This document shows positions 15,163 through 24,922 of a DNA stretch of 30,031 nucleotides, one piece after another (position 1 is the stretch's first letter; each line of letters starts with the position of its first letter). A program made the translations under genes and the position numbers. The DNA lies in IMG/VR virus record IMGVR_UViG_3300011337_000299, positions 1-30,031 of that record; one strand, written 5' to 3'. Source of the stretch: a virus. Its lineage: Duplodnaviria; Caudoviricetes. Under the pieces are notes generated by a model, which made no database searches, was not told the DNA's origin, and saw only the letters and a program-made list of their open reading frames with translations.

Positions 15163-15387
15163 ATGCCAACACACATACAATTTCTTGTCGACCAGTATGG
15201 ATTGGCCAATGTGGCCTGGTTCATCCGCCTGTTGAAACGCGGAACACCACCGGAACAGCTTGCAAGCTATTGCGTGCCCAAGGAAGGCGACTCCCGTAGG
15301 GACGGCGTGTTTCGAGCCCTCCAATATGCGGCCACCCTGCCTGACTCAATGATGCCGGATGAGATTAAGAGGGCTCTGCAACCATGA
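15163..15387 (+). CDS. Hypothetical protein (74 aa)
   Basis: ATGA-coupled to terS. Confidence 0.6.
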   Translation: MPTHIQFLVDQYGLANVAWFIRLLKRGTPPEQLASYCVPKEGDSRRDGVFRALQYAATLPDSMMPDEIKRALQP

Positions 15388-16010
15388 CCCAGAAGGAATA
15401 CGGCGACCGCATCGGTATAAGCCAGCCCCGGGTGGCCCAGCTTATTGCCCAGGGAATGCCCATGACCAGCCCCGAGGCTGCCGACATCTGGCGCTCTCAA
15501 AACATCCGTTCTAAGAGAAAACCGGATTCACCTAAGCCACCCACACCAGAACACACCGCAATCGAACAGGAAGGCCCCTACCGCCCCGCGGAAGCCTCTA
15601 ACCCTATCGACACAGCCACTGCGGCTATCGACTCGCCACAGGGCGCCTACGAGCGGCAGAGGCAGATTGAGCGTGCAGCCTATGATCTGGCTGTCGATGC
15701 CCTCCGGGGCGGTCGAGCCGATGCCGGCCGCCTAGTTGCCATTCATGCCGCGTCAGCTAAGAACCTGACCAGCGCCCGTGACGAGGTGATCGCCCAGGCC
15801 GAGAAGGAACGGCGCCTCGTCAGCGGCGACTGGGTGCGCCGGGTGATGCAGGAGCACGACGGGGCGGTGGCCTCCCTACTAAAGGCCATGCCCAAACAGC
15901 TCTCAGGCCGGATCTCGCCGCACGACCCGGAGCACTGCGAGAAGGAGCTCGACCGCTGGGTGCAGGAAGTGGCCTTGAAGACTCTACATCAGACTGACCC
16001 ATGGAAATGA
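15384..16010 (+). CDS. terS: Terminase small subunit (Nu1-like)
   Basis: N-terminal HTH MTQKEYGDRIGISQPRVAQLIAQGMP, helical C-terminus with RLVS...LLKAMPKQLS; upstream of terL. Confidence 0.75.
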   Translation: MTQKEYGDRIGISQPRVAQLIAQGMPMTSPEAADIWRSQNIRSKRKPDSPKPPTPEHTAIEQEGPYRPAEASNPIDTATAAIDSPQGAYERQRQIERAAYDLAVDALRGGRADAGRLVAIHAASAKNLTSARDEVIAQAEKERRLVSGDWVRRVMQEHDGAVASLLKAMPKQLSGRISPHDPEHCEKELDRWVQEVALKTLHQTDPWK

Positions 16011-17080
16011 CCTATCAGCTCCACCTCGGAGACTGCCTCGAGGTGCTCGCCGGCCTGCCCGACAACTCGGTCGACAGCATCGTGACCGACTTGCCTTACG
16101 GCCTGTCGTTCATGGGTAAGAAGTGGGATTACGACGTGCCGAGCGTGGCCATCTGGGAGCAATGCCTCCGGGTGCTGAAGCCCGGAGGTCACCTGCTGGC
16201 CTTCGCCGGCACCAGGACGCAGCACCGGATGGCGGTCAGGATCGAGGACGCCGGCTTCGAGATCCGGGACATGATCGCCTGGGTTTATGGCTCCGGATTC
16301 CCGAAGTCGCTGGATGTGAGCAAGGCGATAGACAAGGCAGCCGGGGTGGAGAGGGAAAAGGTCCGTGTAAAACCTCGACCAGAAAGCAGCGGAACAATGT
16401 CTGGAAAAGCGGACACAAGACCATGGATCGAGAAAAGCCGGGAACTTGGATACCATGAGGTCGATGGAAACACACCCGCCACCGACGCCGCCCGGCAATG
16501 GTCAGGCTTTGGAACCGCCCTCAAGCCTGCCTTGGAGCCGATCACCATGGCCCGGAAGCCGCTGATCGGAACGGTGGCTGAGACCGTCCTGGCGTATGGC
16601 ACCGGGGCGATCAATGTGGATGGGTGTAGAGTGGGGGATGAGGTGCGGCTCAATTCAAGCGCAGGAAATAAAGACTTGGAAAACCGAAAAACGGTCACAC
16701 CGATTTCCAGCCACAAAGAAACAGCCGGCCGGGAATGCATCGGCCGATGGCCTGCCAACCTGATCCACGACGGCAGCAACGAGGCCTGCCTGGCGTTGAA
16801 GTCCGGCGCCCGATTCTTCTACAGCGCCAAGACCGGCAAGGACGACCGAGAGACAGACAACAACCACCCGACCGTCAAGCCCACCACGCTGATGGCCTAC
16901 CTCTGCCGGCTTGTGACGCCCCCTGGCGGCACCGTGCTCGATCCTTTTATGGGATCCGGTTCGACCGGAAAGGCGGCCACCGTGAACGGTTTCCGGTTCG
17001 TCGGAATCGAACGGGACCCGGCCTATCACAAGATTGCCATGGCCAGAATATCCAACCAACACGAAGGGCGCCTGCTATGA
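16007..17080 (+). CDS. Orphan DNA N6-adenine/N4-cytosine methyltransferase (beta class)
   Basis: GDCLEVL, catalytic-loop variant TDLPYG, RVLKPGG, HPTVKP, VLDPFMGSGSTG; ATGA overlap suggests start 16007 (16001 possible). Confidence 0.92.
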   Translation: MTYQLHLGDCLEVLAGLPDNSVDSIVTDLPYGLSFMGKKWDYDVPSVAIWEQCLRVLKPGGHLLAFAGTRTQHRMAVRIEDAGFEIRDMIAWVYGSGFPKSLDVSKAIDKAAGVEREKVRVKPRPESSGTMSGKADTRPWIEKSRELGYHEVDGNTPATDAARQWSGFGTALKPALEPITMARKPLIGTVAETVLAYGTGAINVDGCRVGDEVRLNSSAGNKDLENRKTVTPISSHKETAGRECIGRWPANLIHDGSNEACLALKSGARFFYSAKTGKDDRETDNNHPTVKPTTLMAYLCRLVTPPGGTVLDPFMGSGSTGKAATVNGFRFVGIERDPAYHKIAMARISNQHEGRLL

Positions 17081-18924
17081 TCCTGACCGACCTGCAGCGC
17101 TCCCTCCTGGATTACCGCCGGAGCCTATACCGCCCGACCCCGCAGCAGACGGTGGTCGAATGGTCCGAGGCCAACCTCCGGCTGACCCAGCGGCAGACTG
17201 AACACCCCGGGCCGTTCTCCACCTCGGTGCGACCCTACACCCGGGAGCCGATGGAAGCCTGGAAGGACCCATCGGTCTCCGAGGTGACGTTGTGCTGGGG
17301 CAGCCAGACATCCAAGACCACCACCCTAATGGCCGGCCTGGCCTGGCTGATCGCCAACGAGCCGAGCCCGGCCCTGTGGCTCATGCCCTCGGAGAATCTG
17401 GCTAGGTCATTCTCTAAGAGTCGCTGGCTACCCATGCTCGAGGACAGCCCGACTATGCTCGAATGCTTCCCGGCCGAGGCCGACAAGATCACCAACCTCG
17501 AGCAGAACTTCACCCGGTCGACCCTGACGTTTGTCGGATCCAATAGCCCGGCCAACCTAGCCAGCCGCCCAGTACGAGTGCTGATCGCCGACGAGGTGGA
17601 CAAGTTCGCCGAAGCTACTGCCAAGGAGGCCGACGCCCTAGATCTGGCTGAACAGCGCCTTAAGAGCTTTTCAAGTAGCAAAGCCTTCATGACATCGACG
17701 CCCACGGTGGTCGAAGGCCGGATCTGGCAGCGCTTCCTCCGAGGCGACCAGCGGCGCTACTACCTGCCATGCCCACACTGCCGGGAGCTGATCAAGCTCG
17801 AGTGGCGGCAGGTCACATGGGACGACGCCAAGACCGAGGACGGCAAGCACGACCTGGCCAAAATCCGGGCCTCCGCGCACTACGTCTGCCAGCTCTGCCT
17901 CGGTAAGGTTACCGACGCTCACAAGGTGGCAGCCCTGCGGCACGGCCAATGGCGCCCGGAGAATCCCAACGCCATGCCCGGTGTTCGATCTTATCATCTA
18001 TCGAGCCTCTATAGCCCCGACCGCAAGTGCACCTGGGGACACCTGGCCGTTGCCTTCATCGAGGCCAAGGCATCCATGGCCGGCCTGCAGGGCTTCATCA
18101 ACGGCAATTTGGCCGAGCCCTGGGAGCAGCAGGATGTGCAGCAGGAACGCCCCGAAGCATCAACCGCGGTCACGATCACCGGAGGCCGCCGCTATCTGAC
18201 GGCAGACGTCCAGGCCGTGGCGCCGTTCCTGTGGTGGGTCTGCCGGGAATGGAAGGACGGCAACAGCACCCTGGTGGCTGCCGGCCATGCCGATGACTTT
18301 GCCGCCCTCCGACGGGTGCAGGTGGCCCTCGAGGTCCATGATATGGACGTCGGAATCGACTCAGGCTTCAACACCCAGACAGTTTACGATGCCTGCGGTG
18401 CCTATTCCTCGGTTACGTCCAACCCTATCAGCTACCCATGCGGCCTGCGGTTCCCACCGGAGGGCGGTCTCCGAAAACCTGCCTTGGTAGGATGGCTGCC
18501 GCTCAAAGGCCGGGAGACCGGCGCCCGGTTCACGACATCCACCGGGGCGGTGCACCCGTTCGGCTTGTCGACGTCTTCCTCGATGCGGACCGACGTGGTG
18601 CAGCCCCTCCTGGTGTTCGATACCGAGCACCTCCGGGATATGCTCTCGAGGCTCCGGAAGGGCGACATCGAGCGGGAATGGGGCGTCCACCAGGAGCCGC
18701 CCACCGTCCAGGCCGAGGGCGCCTATGTTGCCGATCCGGATCTCTACTGGCGCCACCTCGACTCACACCTGCTGCGGCCCCAAGCCAACCGAGCCGGCCG
18801 CATCAAACACGTCTGGGTGAAGCGCAACCAAAAATGGCCCGACCATCTGCATGACTGCGAGATCATGCAACTGGCCATGGTAATGCTTTGGAATGACCTA
18901 GCGTCAAGTGATGTCCAGTCTTAA
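17077..18924 (+). CDS. terL: Terminase large subunit, lambda GpA family
   Basis: WGSQTSKTT Walker A variant, IADEVD Walker B, STPT, GDQRRYYLPCPHC, SYHLSSLYSP, DHLHDCE; ATG at 17077. Confidence 0.93.
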   Translation: MILTDLQRSLLDYRRSLYRPTPQQTVVEWSEANLRLTQRQTEHPGPFSTSVRPYTREPMEAWKDPSVSEVTLCWGSQTSKTTTLMAGLAWLIANEPSPALWLMPSENLARSFSKSRWLPMLEDSPTMLECFPAEADKITNLEQNFTRSTLTFVGSNSPANLASRPVRVLIADEVDKFAEATAKEADALDLAEQRLKSFSSSKAFMTSTPTVVEGRIWQRFLRGDQRRYYLPCPHCRELIKLEWRQVTWDDAKTEDGKHDLAKIRASAHYVCQLCLGKVTDAHKVAALRHGQWRPENPNAMPGVRSYHLSSLYSPDRKCTWGHLAVAFIEAKASMAGLQGFINGNLAEPWEQQDVQQERPEASTAVTITGGRRYLTADVQAVAPFLWWVCREWKDGNSTLVAAGHADDFAALRRVQVALEVHDMDVGIDSGFNTQTVYDACGAYSSVTSNPISYPCGLRFPPEGGLRKPALVGWLPLKGRETGARFTTSTGAVHPFGLSTSSSMRTDVVQPLLVFDTEHLRDMLSRLRKGDIEREWGVHQEPPTVQAEGAYVADPDLYWRHLDSHLLRPQANRAGRIKHVWVKRNQKWPDHLHDCEIMQLAMVMLWNDLASSDVQS

Positions 18925-18970
18925 CTAAGCCATTGAACAGGTAAAAGATTGTGGGAGCCTCCAGCCCGGA

Positions 18971-19378
18971 GTGTTCACATTCACGGTCGCAATCAAGCGT
19001 GCCTATCTTCGCAGTGTTTACAGCGCCCTCGGTGGTGCAACACTGCTGGCCGCCCTGACCTCAAAGGTCATTGCCGCGGCCTCGGTGATTGAGTCTGGAC
19101 AGGTTGTCCGGTCCACATCTTCCTCCGATGTATCGGTCGAATTTGCCGAGCCAGGCAAGGGCGCTCCCACACCTTCCGAGATGGTCGAGATGTGGGAAAG
19201 CCTGATCGCCGACTATGAGCTGGCGGTCTATCTACTCGGCCAGGACGGCATTGCCGCCCCTACCGACACTCAGATCTTCAACAAGATGATGGCCGTTGTC
19301 CTGGTCGCTGTGACCAGTTACGGCGGTGACTTCTCGAACTTCCGTCGAGAGGGAGCAATTAGAACGGGGATGACATAA
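18971..19378 (+). CDS. Putative head-completion/joining protein (lambda gpW position)
   Basis: Between terL and portal; assignment by synteny. Confidence 0.5.
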   Translation: MFTFTVAIKRAYLRSVYSALGGATLLAALTSKVIAAASVIESGQVVRSTSSSDVSVEFAEPGKGAPTPSEMVEMWESLIADYELAVYLLGQDGIAAPTDTQIFNKMMAVVLVAVTSYGGDFSNFRREGAIRTGMT

Positions 19379-20913
19379 TGGGATTCCTCGACACCATCCT
19401 GGCTAAGTTCCGGTCGGCCCCTGTGAACCGCTACGAGGGCGCATCCAACTCAATCCGGCGCTCCTTCCTCGATACCAGCTACACCTCGGTGCGATTCGAT
19501 GTGACTGCCTCGACCAGGCAGCAGATCGTTCGCAAGAGCAGGTTCTTTGAGCAGAACAACGCGGTGATGAACCGACTGGGCGATCTGTTCGAGAACTACA
19601 CGGTCGGCAGCAACTTCTCGGTGCAGCCGGCTTCCTCCGATCCCGACTGGAATCTCAGAGCCAAGAAATGGTGGGACACCTGGAGCCGTTATCCCGACAT
19701 CGGATCTCGGCAGTCTTTCGGCACCCTGATGTCGTTGGCAGCCCGTGGTTGGTTTTACGATGGTGAGAGTTTCTTGCTTCTGACCAAGGGCGACTCGGGC
19801 CGCCCACGTCTGCAGCTCATCGAGCCCCAACAGGTGGCAACACCTACCGGCCAGGAGCAATCGCCGGACATCTTCGATGGAGTCCGGTTCGATACCAAGA
19901 CGGGCCGCGCTCTTTCCTACTTTATTGGGCAGGAAACGAACCAAGGCCAACTCACCGAAGTCCGTTCGATATCGTCCGACTCCATCGTCCACATCTACGA
20001 GGCCCAGCGTGCCGGCCAGCTCCGCGGCCTACCCTTCGTGGCGTGCGTCATTAACGACCTGCACGACCTGGACGACCTCCAGAAGTTGGAAATGGAATCC
20101 TGCAAGCTGGCCTCCAGCGTAGCCCAGGTGATCAAGACCAGCTCCGGTGAGGTGCAGGCCAGCAGCCTCCGCTCCGGTGTGGTTGGTAGCCAGGGCACCG
20201 CCCAGACCTATTACGAGAACGTGTTCGGCAGCACCGTTAAGGTGCTGAAGTCCGGGGACGAGTTCGAGCAGTTCCAGGCCGACCGGCCCAACGTCAATAT
20301 GCGCGAATACTGGCGCAGCCTGACCGAGAAGGTCTGTGCCGGCGTCGGTATCCCCTACGTCCTGGTATTCCCGGAAGGGATGCAGGGCACGGTCTACCGC
20401 GGAGCCCTGGATATGTCGTCGGTGTGGTTCCGGAGCCGTCACCAGGTGATGGCCTCGGCCGCCCGTCGCATCTGGGAGTATGTGATGGAATACGCCATCC
20501 GTACCGATCCCACCCTGCGAGACTCACCTGACGACTGGTACGAGATCGCCATCCAGGCGCCCCGGGCTCCGAATGTCGATGTCGGCCGCAACTCATCGGC
20601 CCAGCTCGCCGAGCTGACTGCCGGCGTCACAACTTACGACGAGATTTACGGCGCCAGAGGCATCGACTGGCGATCTGCCTTAGAGGCCAAGGCACAGCAG
20701 GCTAAGTACATCCAAGACCTGGCTGCCAAGTACGGCCTGGATGTCTCCGAGATCTCGACCGCCCAGAAGCAACAAATCGCCCCCGAGCCTGCCGAGATGG
20801 CAGCCGAGGTGGAACCTTCCGGGACAATGCCCGAGGCTATACCAACCCAACCCATCGAGGAGGTGGTTGCGGTGGCAAAGAAACGGAAACCCAGAGCCAA
20901 GAAATCAGAATGA
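19378..20913 (+). CDS. Portal protein, lambda gpB family
   Basis: YEGA start motif, DGESF, LQLIEP, DGVRFD..GR...Y, QRAGQLRGLP; 511 aa. Confidence 0.9.
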   Translation: MGFLDTILAKFRSAPVNRYEGASNSIRRSFLDTSYTSVRFDVTASTRQQIVRKSRFFEQNNAVMNRLGDLFENYTVGSNFSVQPASSDPDWNLRAKKWWDTWSRYPDIGSRQSFGTLMSLAARGWFYDGESFLLLTKGDSGRPRLQLIEPQQVATPTGQEQSPDIFDGVRFDTKTGRALSYFIGQETNQGQLTEVRSISSDSIVHIYEAQRAGQLRGLPFVACVINDLHDLDDLQKLEMESCKLASSVAQVIKTSSGEVQASSLRSGVVGSQGTAQTYYENVFGSTVKVLKSGDEFEQFQADRPNVNMREYWRSLTEKVCAGVGIPYVLVFPEGMQGTVYRGALDMSSVWFRSRHQVMASAARRIWEYVMEYAIRTDPTLRDSPDDWYEIAIQAPRAPNVDVGRNSSAQLAELTAGVTTYDEIYGARGIDWRSALEAKAQQAKYIQDLAAKYGLDVSEISTAQKQQIAPEPAEMAAEVEPSGTMPEAIPTQPIEEVVAVAKKRKPRAKKSE

Positions 20914-23066
20914 CCAAAATCAATAACTGGCTTTCCTATCAGCCCCGGGCATCGGCATCGGAGCCGGCCACCCTCCAGATCTTCGATCAGATCGGTGAGG
21001 ACTGGTTCGGTGGCTCCGGTATTTCAGCCAAGGCTTTCAGCCAGGCCCTGCAGGACGTCGGCCAAGGCCCCTTGGTGATCGAGATCAACAGCCCCGGTGG
21101 CAACGTCTGGGATGGCCTGGCCATCTACAATATGCTGCGAGGCCGGCAGGCACCCGTCACCACCCGGGTGGTCGGCATTGCTGCCTCGATTGCTTCCATC
21201 ATCGCCCTGGCCGGTGACACCGTAGAGATCGCCGATGCGGCCCTGTTTATGATTCACGACCCCTCCGGAATGGTGGCAGGCACCTCGGAGGAGATGCGGA
21301 AGATGGCCGATGCTTTGGATCAGCACGCCGAGGTGCTGGCTGGTATCTACTCGAAGGTCACCGGCCGCCCGACCTCCCAGATCCGGGCTGCCATGAAAGA
21401 GGAGACCTGGTTCACTGCCCAGGAGGCCATCCAGTTCGGCCTGGCCGACAAGATGACCGAGCAGCAGATGGCCATCGCAGCCTGCTGGCACCCTCGGGCT
21501 GTCACCAAGACTGCCCCGGAGACCGTCAAAAACAACCTTCGCCGCGGGCTCGAGCAGTACGCCGAGGGCCTAGCCGGTGACGGCTTGGAGAAGCAGACCG
21601 TTCTGGAGGCCGAGGCCCTGGTGGCCGGTGAAGCGCCCAACGAGGCAAAGATCCAGAAAGCCAATGCCTGGTGGGGACGCAACGAGCGCTTCCTCGAGGC
21701 AGAGCCAAACACACCGGCCGATGTGGCTGCCAACCTATGGGGCGGCGCCGCTGGCCGTGACTGGTTCAAGGCCCTTTATGCCCAGCTCGAAATTGAGGAG
21801 GGCGAGACCCCGGAAGAATCTCCGGATGACAAGATTTCGACCGGCAGCACCGACGCTGCCGCCGATGGCGCGACAATCGCGCCGACATCACAGCAGACAC
21901 CACACAACATGACTGATTCAAACACCGTGGTGGCGGCCGCTCCTAGTGCGCCGTCCGCCCTCGATATCGACTCCATCGTGGCCAAGGCCGTTGCCGCGGC
22001 CATCAGCGCCAAGGGCATCACCGCCGCCCCTGCTCCCGAGCCCCTCCGGCCGGTGATCCAGAACCTGGGCAACCCGCTCCTGGAGAAGCACAAGAGCCTC
22101 CGGGCCGGTGCCGAGCGCCAGCGCTTCCTGGTTGAGAACCACAGCGAACTGCTCCGCCAGTCGGCGCTGATTGCCCCCCAGAACGCGAACACCTTCGCCT
22201 CTGGCTTGGTTGTCGACTACCTCGCCGACGCCGTGATCACCGTGGCCACCACGAAGCTGGCCATGATCAGCAACTTTACCCGCAACGTCGGCCTGGATAA
22301 CCTCCGCCCCCGTGCGACGGTGCAGGTTAAGAAGTTCACCACTGGTGACGCCACCGTCGATAACGCCACCAACTTCGAGGACGGCGCTGCCAACCAGAGC
22401 ACCCTGGCCGCCACCTCGGTGACGGTTAACCAGATCACCAAGACCTTCACGGTCACCCAGCAGGAGCTCAACCAAGGCTTCGCCCTCTCCGACCTGTCCC
22501 AGGGCTCTGCCGAGATCTTCGCCCTTGGTATCTCCAAGAAGGTCACCGCGGTGATGACCTCCGGTAACTACGGCGCCGGCACGACCATCGGCACGGCTGC
22601 CAACTTCGACAGCTCCGACCTCCCGGCGATCCTGGCCTTGGCCAAGAACTACCGCCAGAAGCTGCTCTTGCTCGACGGTGGCCACCTGGCCCGCCTGATG
22701 TTCTCCGGTCAGTTCACCGCTGCCGCCGGCACGAATCCGTTCCCTGACAGCCGCTACGGCCCTCTGAACAACGGATACTTCGGCTTCGCCAACATCCTCG
22801 AGCAGAACGACTGGACCGGCGCCATCACCAACACCGCCGGCTTCGTCTGCGGCCAGGATGCCATTGCGGTGGCCTCTGGTCTGCCGGTCGGCATGATTGC
22901 CGGTGAGTTCCTCGAGCAGCGCACGGTCGAGCTGTCCAATGGTCTGTCGGTCCTGCTGTCGGTCTGGTACAGCCGCGCTACCCGCGCTCACATGGCGTCC
23001 TACGACATCATGTTCGGCGCCGCGGCTGCGGATACCACGCAGGCCGAAGTTCTCATCACCGCCTAA
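20910..23066 (+). CDS. ClpP-like prohead protease fused to major capsid protein
   Basis: INSPGG, GIAASIAS (Ser), MIHDP (His), ETWFTAQEA..FGLAD; C-terminal ~385 aa capsid-like with strong codon bias. Confidence 0.88.
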   Translation: MTKINNWLSYQPRASASEPATLQIFDQIGEDWFGGSGISAKAFSQALQDVGQGPLVIEINSPGGNVWDGLAIYNMLRGRQAPVTTRVVGIAASIASIIALAGDTVEIADAALFMIHDPSGMVAGTSEEMRKMADALDQHAEVLAGIYSKVTGRPTSQIRAAMKEETWFTAQEAIQFGLADKMTEQQMAIAACWHPRAVTKTAPETVKNNLRRGLEQYAEGLAGDGLEKQTVLEAEALVAGEAPNEAKIQKANAWWGRNERFLEAEPNTPADVAANLWGGAAGRDWFKALYAQLEIEEGETPEESPDDKISTGSTDAAADGATIAPTSQQTPHNMTDSNTVVAAAPSAPSALDIDSIVAKAVAAAISAKGITAAPAPEPLRPVIQNLGNPLLEKHKSLRAGAERQRFLVENHSELLRQSALIAPQNANTFASGLVVDYLADAVITVATTKLAMISNFTRNVGLDNLRPRATVQVKKFTTGDATVDNATNFEDGAANQSTLAATSVTVNQITKTFTVTQQELNQGFALSDLSQGSAEIFALGISKKVTAVMTSGNYGAGTTIGTAANFDSSDLPAILALAKNYRQKLLLLDGGHLARLMFSGQFTAAAGTNPFPDSRYGPLNNGYFGFANILEQNDWTGAITNTAGFVCGQDAIAVASGLPVGMIAGEFLEQRTVELSNGLSVLLSVWYSRATRAHMASYDIMFGAAAADTTQAEVLITA

Positions 23067-23077
23067 TCGGCTGACCC

Positions 23078-23254
23078 ATGAGAATCGCCACAACCATCTC
23101 GGTGGACAAGAACGGCAAAACCAAGCTCGTTTCTGGTCCCGAAGTCGACGCGACGCTCCAGCGCGACGGCTTCAACACCGCGACCATTCCCGAAGGAGGC
23201 AAGCTCATCCTGTGGATACAGGGAGCCTTAGCACCGAAAGTTCGCAAAGGTTAA
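23078..23254 (+). CDS. Small hypothetical protein (58 aa; MRIATTISVDKNGKTKLVSGPE...), not in ORF track
   Basis: Hand translation; follows the capsid stop by 11 nt with similar codon usage. Confidence 0.6.
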   Translation: MRIATTISVDKNGKTKLVSGPEVDATLQRDGFNTATIPEGGKLILWIQGALAPKVRKG

Positions 23255-23266
23255 CAAACCGAAATT

Positions 23267-23299
23267 GGGGAGGCTGTTGGATACGCCGACAGCCTCCCC
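23267..23299 (+). terminator. Strong 14-bp hairpin after the capsid genes (terminator/attenuator or mRNA stabiliser)
   Basis: GGGGAGGCTGTTGG-ATACG-CCGACAGCCTCCCC; only a weak U tract follows. Confidence 0.6.
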
Positions 23300-23316
23300 T
23301 CTAACAGAAAAAGACA

Positions 23317-23577
23317 ATGGCTTTTCAAGCAGACATATCAACCGAGTACAGCATGGGCCGAGAAGGTTTCGAGCTGTTCACCACTACCGCAGCGCAAACC
23401 GGCGCCTGGTCTGGCTTGATTCCGACCGAGCCCACCGTGTTCACATCCATCACCGGAAATCGCATTGCAGGCACTTGGACTTCCAAGACTATTCCCGCTG
23501 GCTTCCCATTGGTGGGCAACATCACTGGATTTCAAATCTCAAGCGGTTCTGTGGTGGCGTTCAACGCTCGAGCCTAA
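23317..23577 (+). CDS. Hypothetical virion protein (86 aa)
   Basis: Beta-rich small ORF with A-rich leader. Confidence 0.6.
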   Translation: MAFQADISTEYSMGREGFELFTTTAAQTGAWSGLIPTEPTVFTSITGNRIAGTWTSKTIPAGFPLVGNITGFQISSGSVVAFNARA

Positions 23578-23808
23578 ATGATCTCACTCGGCATAGCACT
23601 CAATCGGTTGGTTGCCGGCCAAGCCGGCGGCACTGATGCACCTGTGCTACGTCGAGACGTGTTGCAGGAGGATGATTTCTTTGTGCTGCAAGAAGACGGC
23701 AGCGGCAAACTCGTTATCACCTTCGGCACTTTTGATTCTCTCTTGCGAGAGGATGCTGGTTTTCTCCAGCAGGAAGACGCTTTCAAACTCCAAATTCAAT
23801 CCAACTGA
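23578..23808 (+). CDS. Small virion protein with four (V/L/Q)-x-E-D repeats (76 aa)
   Basis: VLQEDDFFVLQEDG...LLREDAGFLQQEDA. Confidence 0.6.
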   Translation: MISLGIALNRLVAGQAGGTDAPVLRRDVLQEDDFFVLQEDGSGKLVITFGTFDSLLREDAGFLQQEDAFKLQIQSN

Positions 23809-23811
23809 CCC

Positions 23812-24549
23812 ATGCCAGACTCTAAGATTACAGCACTGACGGCACTGACTGCTGCCGATCCCGCAGTCGATATGTTCCCAGTCGTCGACGTTTCCGATAC
23901 GACGATGGCTGCGAGCGGTACGACCAAGCGCATCTCGATCAATAACATCCTCGCTTGTTCGCCAGCCGCCACACTTGCATCGCTGAATGTCACTGGTTCA
24001 AGCATTCCTGCGAATGGTCTTTATCTTCCGACGACCAACACGCTGGAGTTTGCTGCAAACAGTTTGGCTCAATACCGCATTGCACCTCTCGGAGTGTTCT
24101 CGTGGTACGACGGCGCAGGTGGCACTCGGATGACGTTGAACGCCACCGGACTGGGCGTGGGGCAATCACCGACGGCACCGCTTCATATTTACAGCGCGGC
24201 GACTGGAACTGGTCCGATTACGAATGTTGTTGGGACTTTCCGTACCGGAGCAGCCGGTCGAGACGTTAGTTTGCAGTTCAGCGACACGGCTAATCAAGCC
24301 TACGTCACAATGCTCTCCGGTGCATTATTGTTTGGCACTGGTGGCGCAACGGAACGCGTTAGAATTGACACAGTCGGCAACCTGCTCATCGGATTGACCG
24401 CTGCTGGAACCACCGCTGCCAAGACCATCCAGATTGCGAATGGCACCGCTCCGACTGCAAACGTCACTGGCGGTCAGCTTTACGTCGAAGCCGGTGCGCT
24501 GAAGTACCGTGGAAGCTCTGGCACCGTCACCACAATTGCTAACGCCTAA
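23812..24549 (+). CDS. Fibre-like protein (245 aa)
   Basis: MPDSKITALTALT N-terminus; GLGVG...PTAPLHI and ERVRIDTVGNLLIG beta repeats typical of phage fibres. Confidence 0.7.
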   Translation: MPDSKITALTALTAADPAVDMFPVVDVSDTTMAASGTTKRISINNILACSPAATLASLNVTGSSIPANGLYLPTTNTLEFAANSLAQYRIAPLGVFSWYDGAGGTRMTLNATGLGVGQSPTAPLHIYSAATGTGPITNVVGTFRTGAAGRDVSLQFSDTANQAYVTMLSGALLFGTGGATERVRIDTVGNLLIGLTAAGTTAAKTIQIANGTAPTANVTGGQLYVEAGALKYRGSSGTVTTIANA

Positions 24550-24553
24550 TTCT

Positions 24554-24922
24554 ATGACTATCAACTGGATCGTCGAACGCCTTCTCGTTAAGCCGACCGA
24601 AGGCAGCAATACCGACGTCGTCATCAATGCCGACTGGCGTTGCAACGGCTCGCAGGAATCGTACAGCGGCACCTGCTACGGATCATGCTCATTCGCTCCG
24701 CCGACCGGCTCGTTCACGCCTTATCCCGACCTCACGCAGGAGCAGGTTCTCGACTGGTGCTATCAGAACGGAGTCGATAAGACCGCGATTGAAGCCAACG
24801 TCACCGCGCAGATCGAAGCGCAGATCAATCCGCCGGTTGTCAGTCTGCCGCTGCCGTGGGTGCCGCTGGTTCCGGTTGTTGTTGCGGAGCCGGCCATCGT
24901 TGTTGATGCTCCTGCCGCATGA
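24554..24922 (+). CDS. Fibre-associated hypothetical protein (122 aa)
   Basis: W....L......DVV..ADWRC...FTPYPDLTQEQVLDW...PLPW pattern often seen after fibre genes; ATG at 24554. Confidence 0.65.
   Translation: MTINWIVERLLVKPTEGSNTDVVINADWRCNGSQESYSGTCYGSCSFAPPTGSFTPYPDLTQEQVLDWCYQNGVDKTAIEANVTAQIEAQINPPVVSLPLPWVPLVPVVVAEPAIVVDAPAA

Noticed and set aside
16735-17076. N-terminal extension of terL overlapping the methyltransferase
   Set aside because: Arg/Pro-rich off-frame translation; the ATGA-coupled start at 17077 is more plausible
18933-18960. Late promoter TTGAAC-16 bp-GAGCCT before the head genes
   Set aside because: Position is attractive but the -10 match and spacing are too weak to call
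21918-23093. 391-aa minus-strand ORF opposite the capsid gene
   Set aside because: Antisense shadow caused by strong codon bias of a highly expressed gene; no motif or plausible leader
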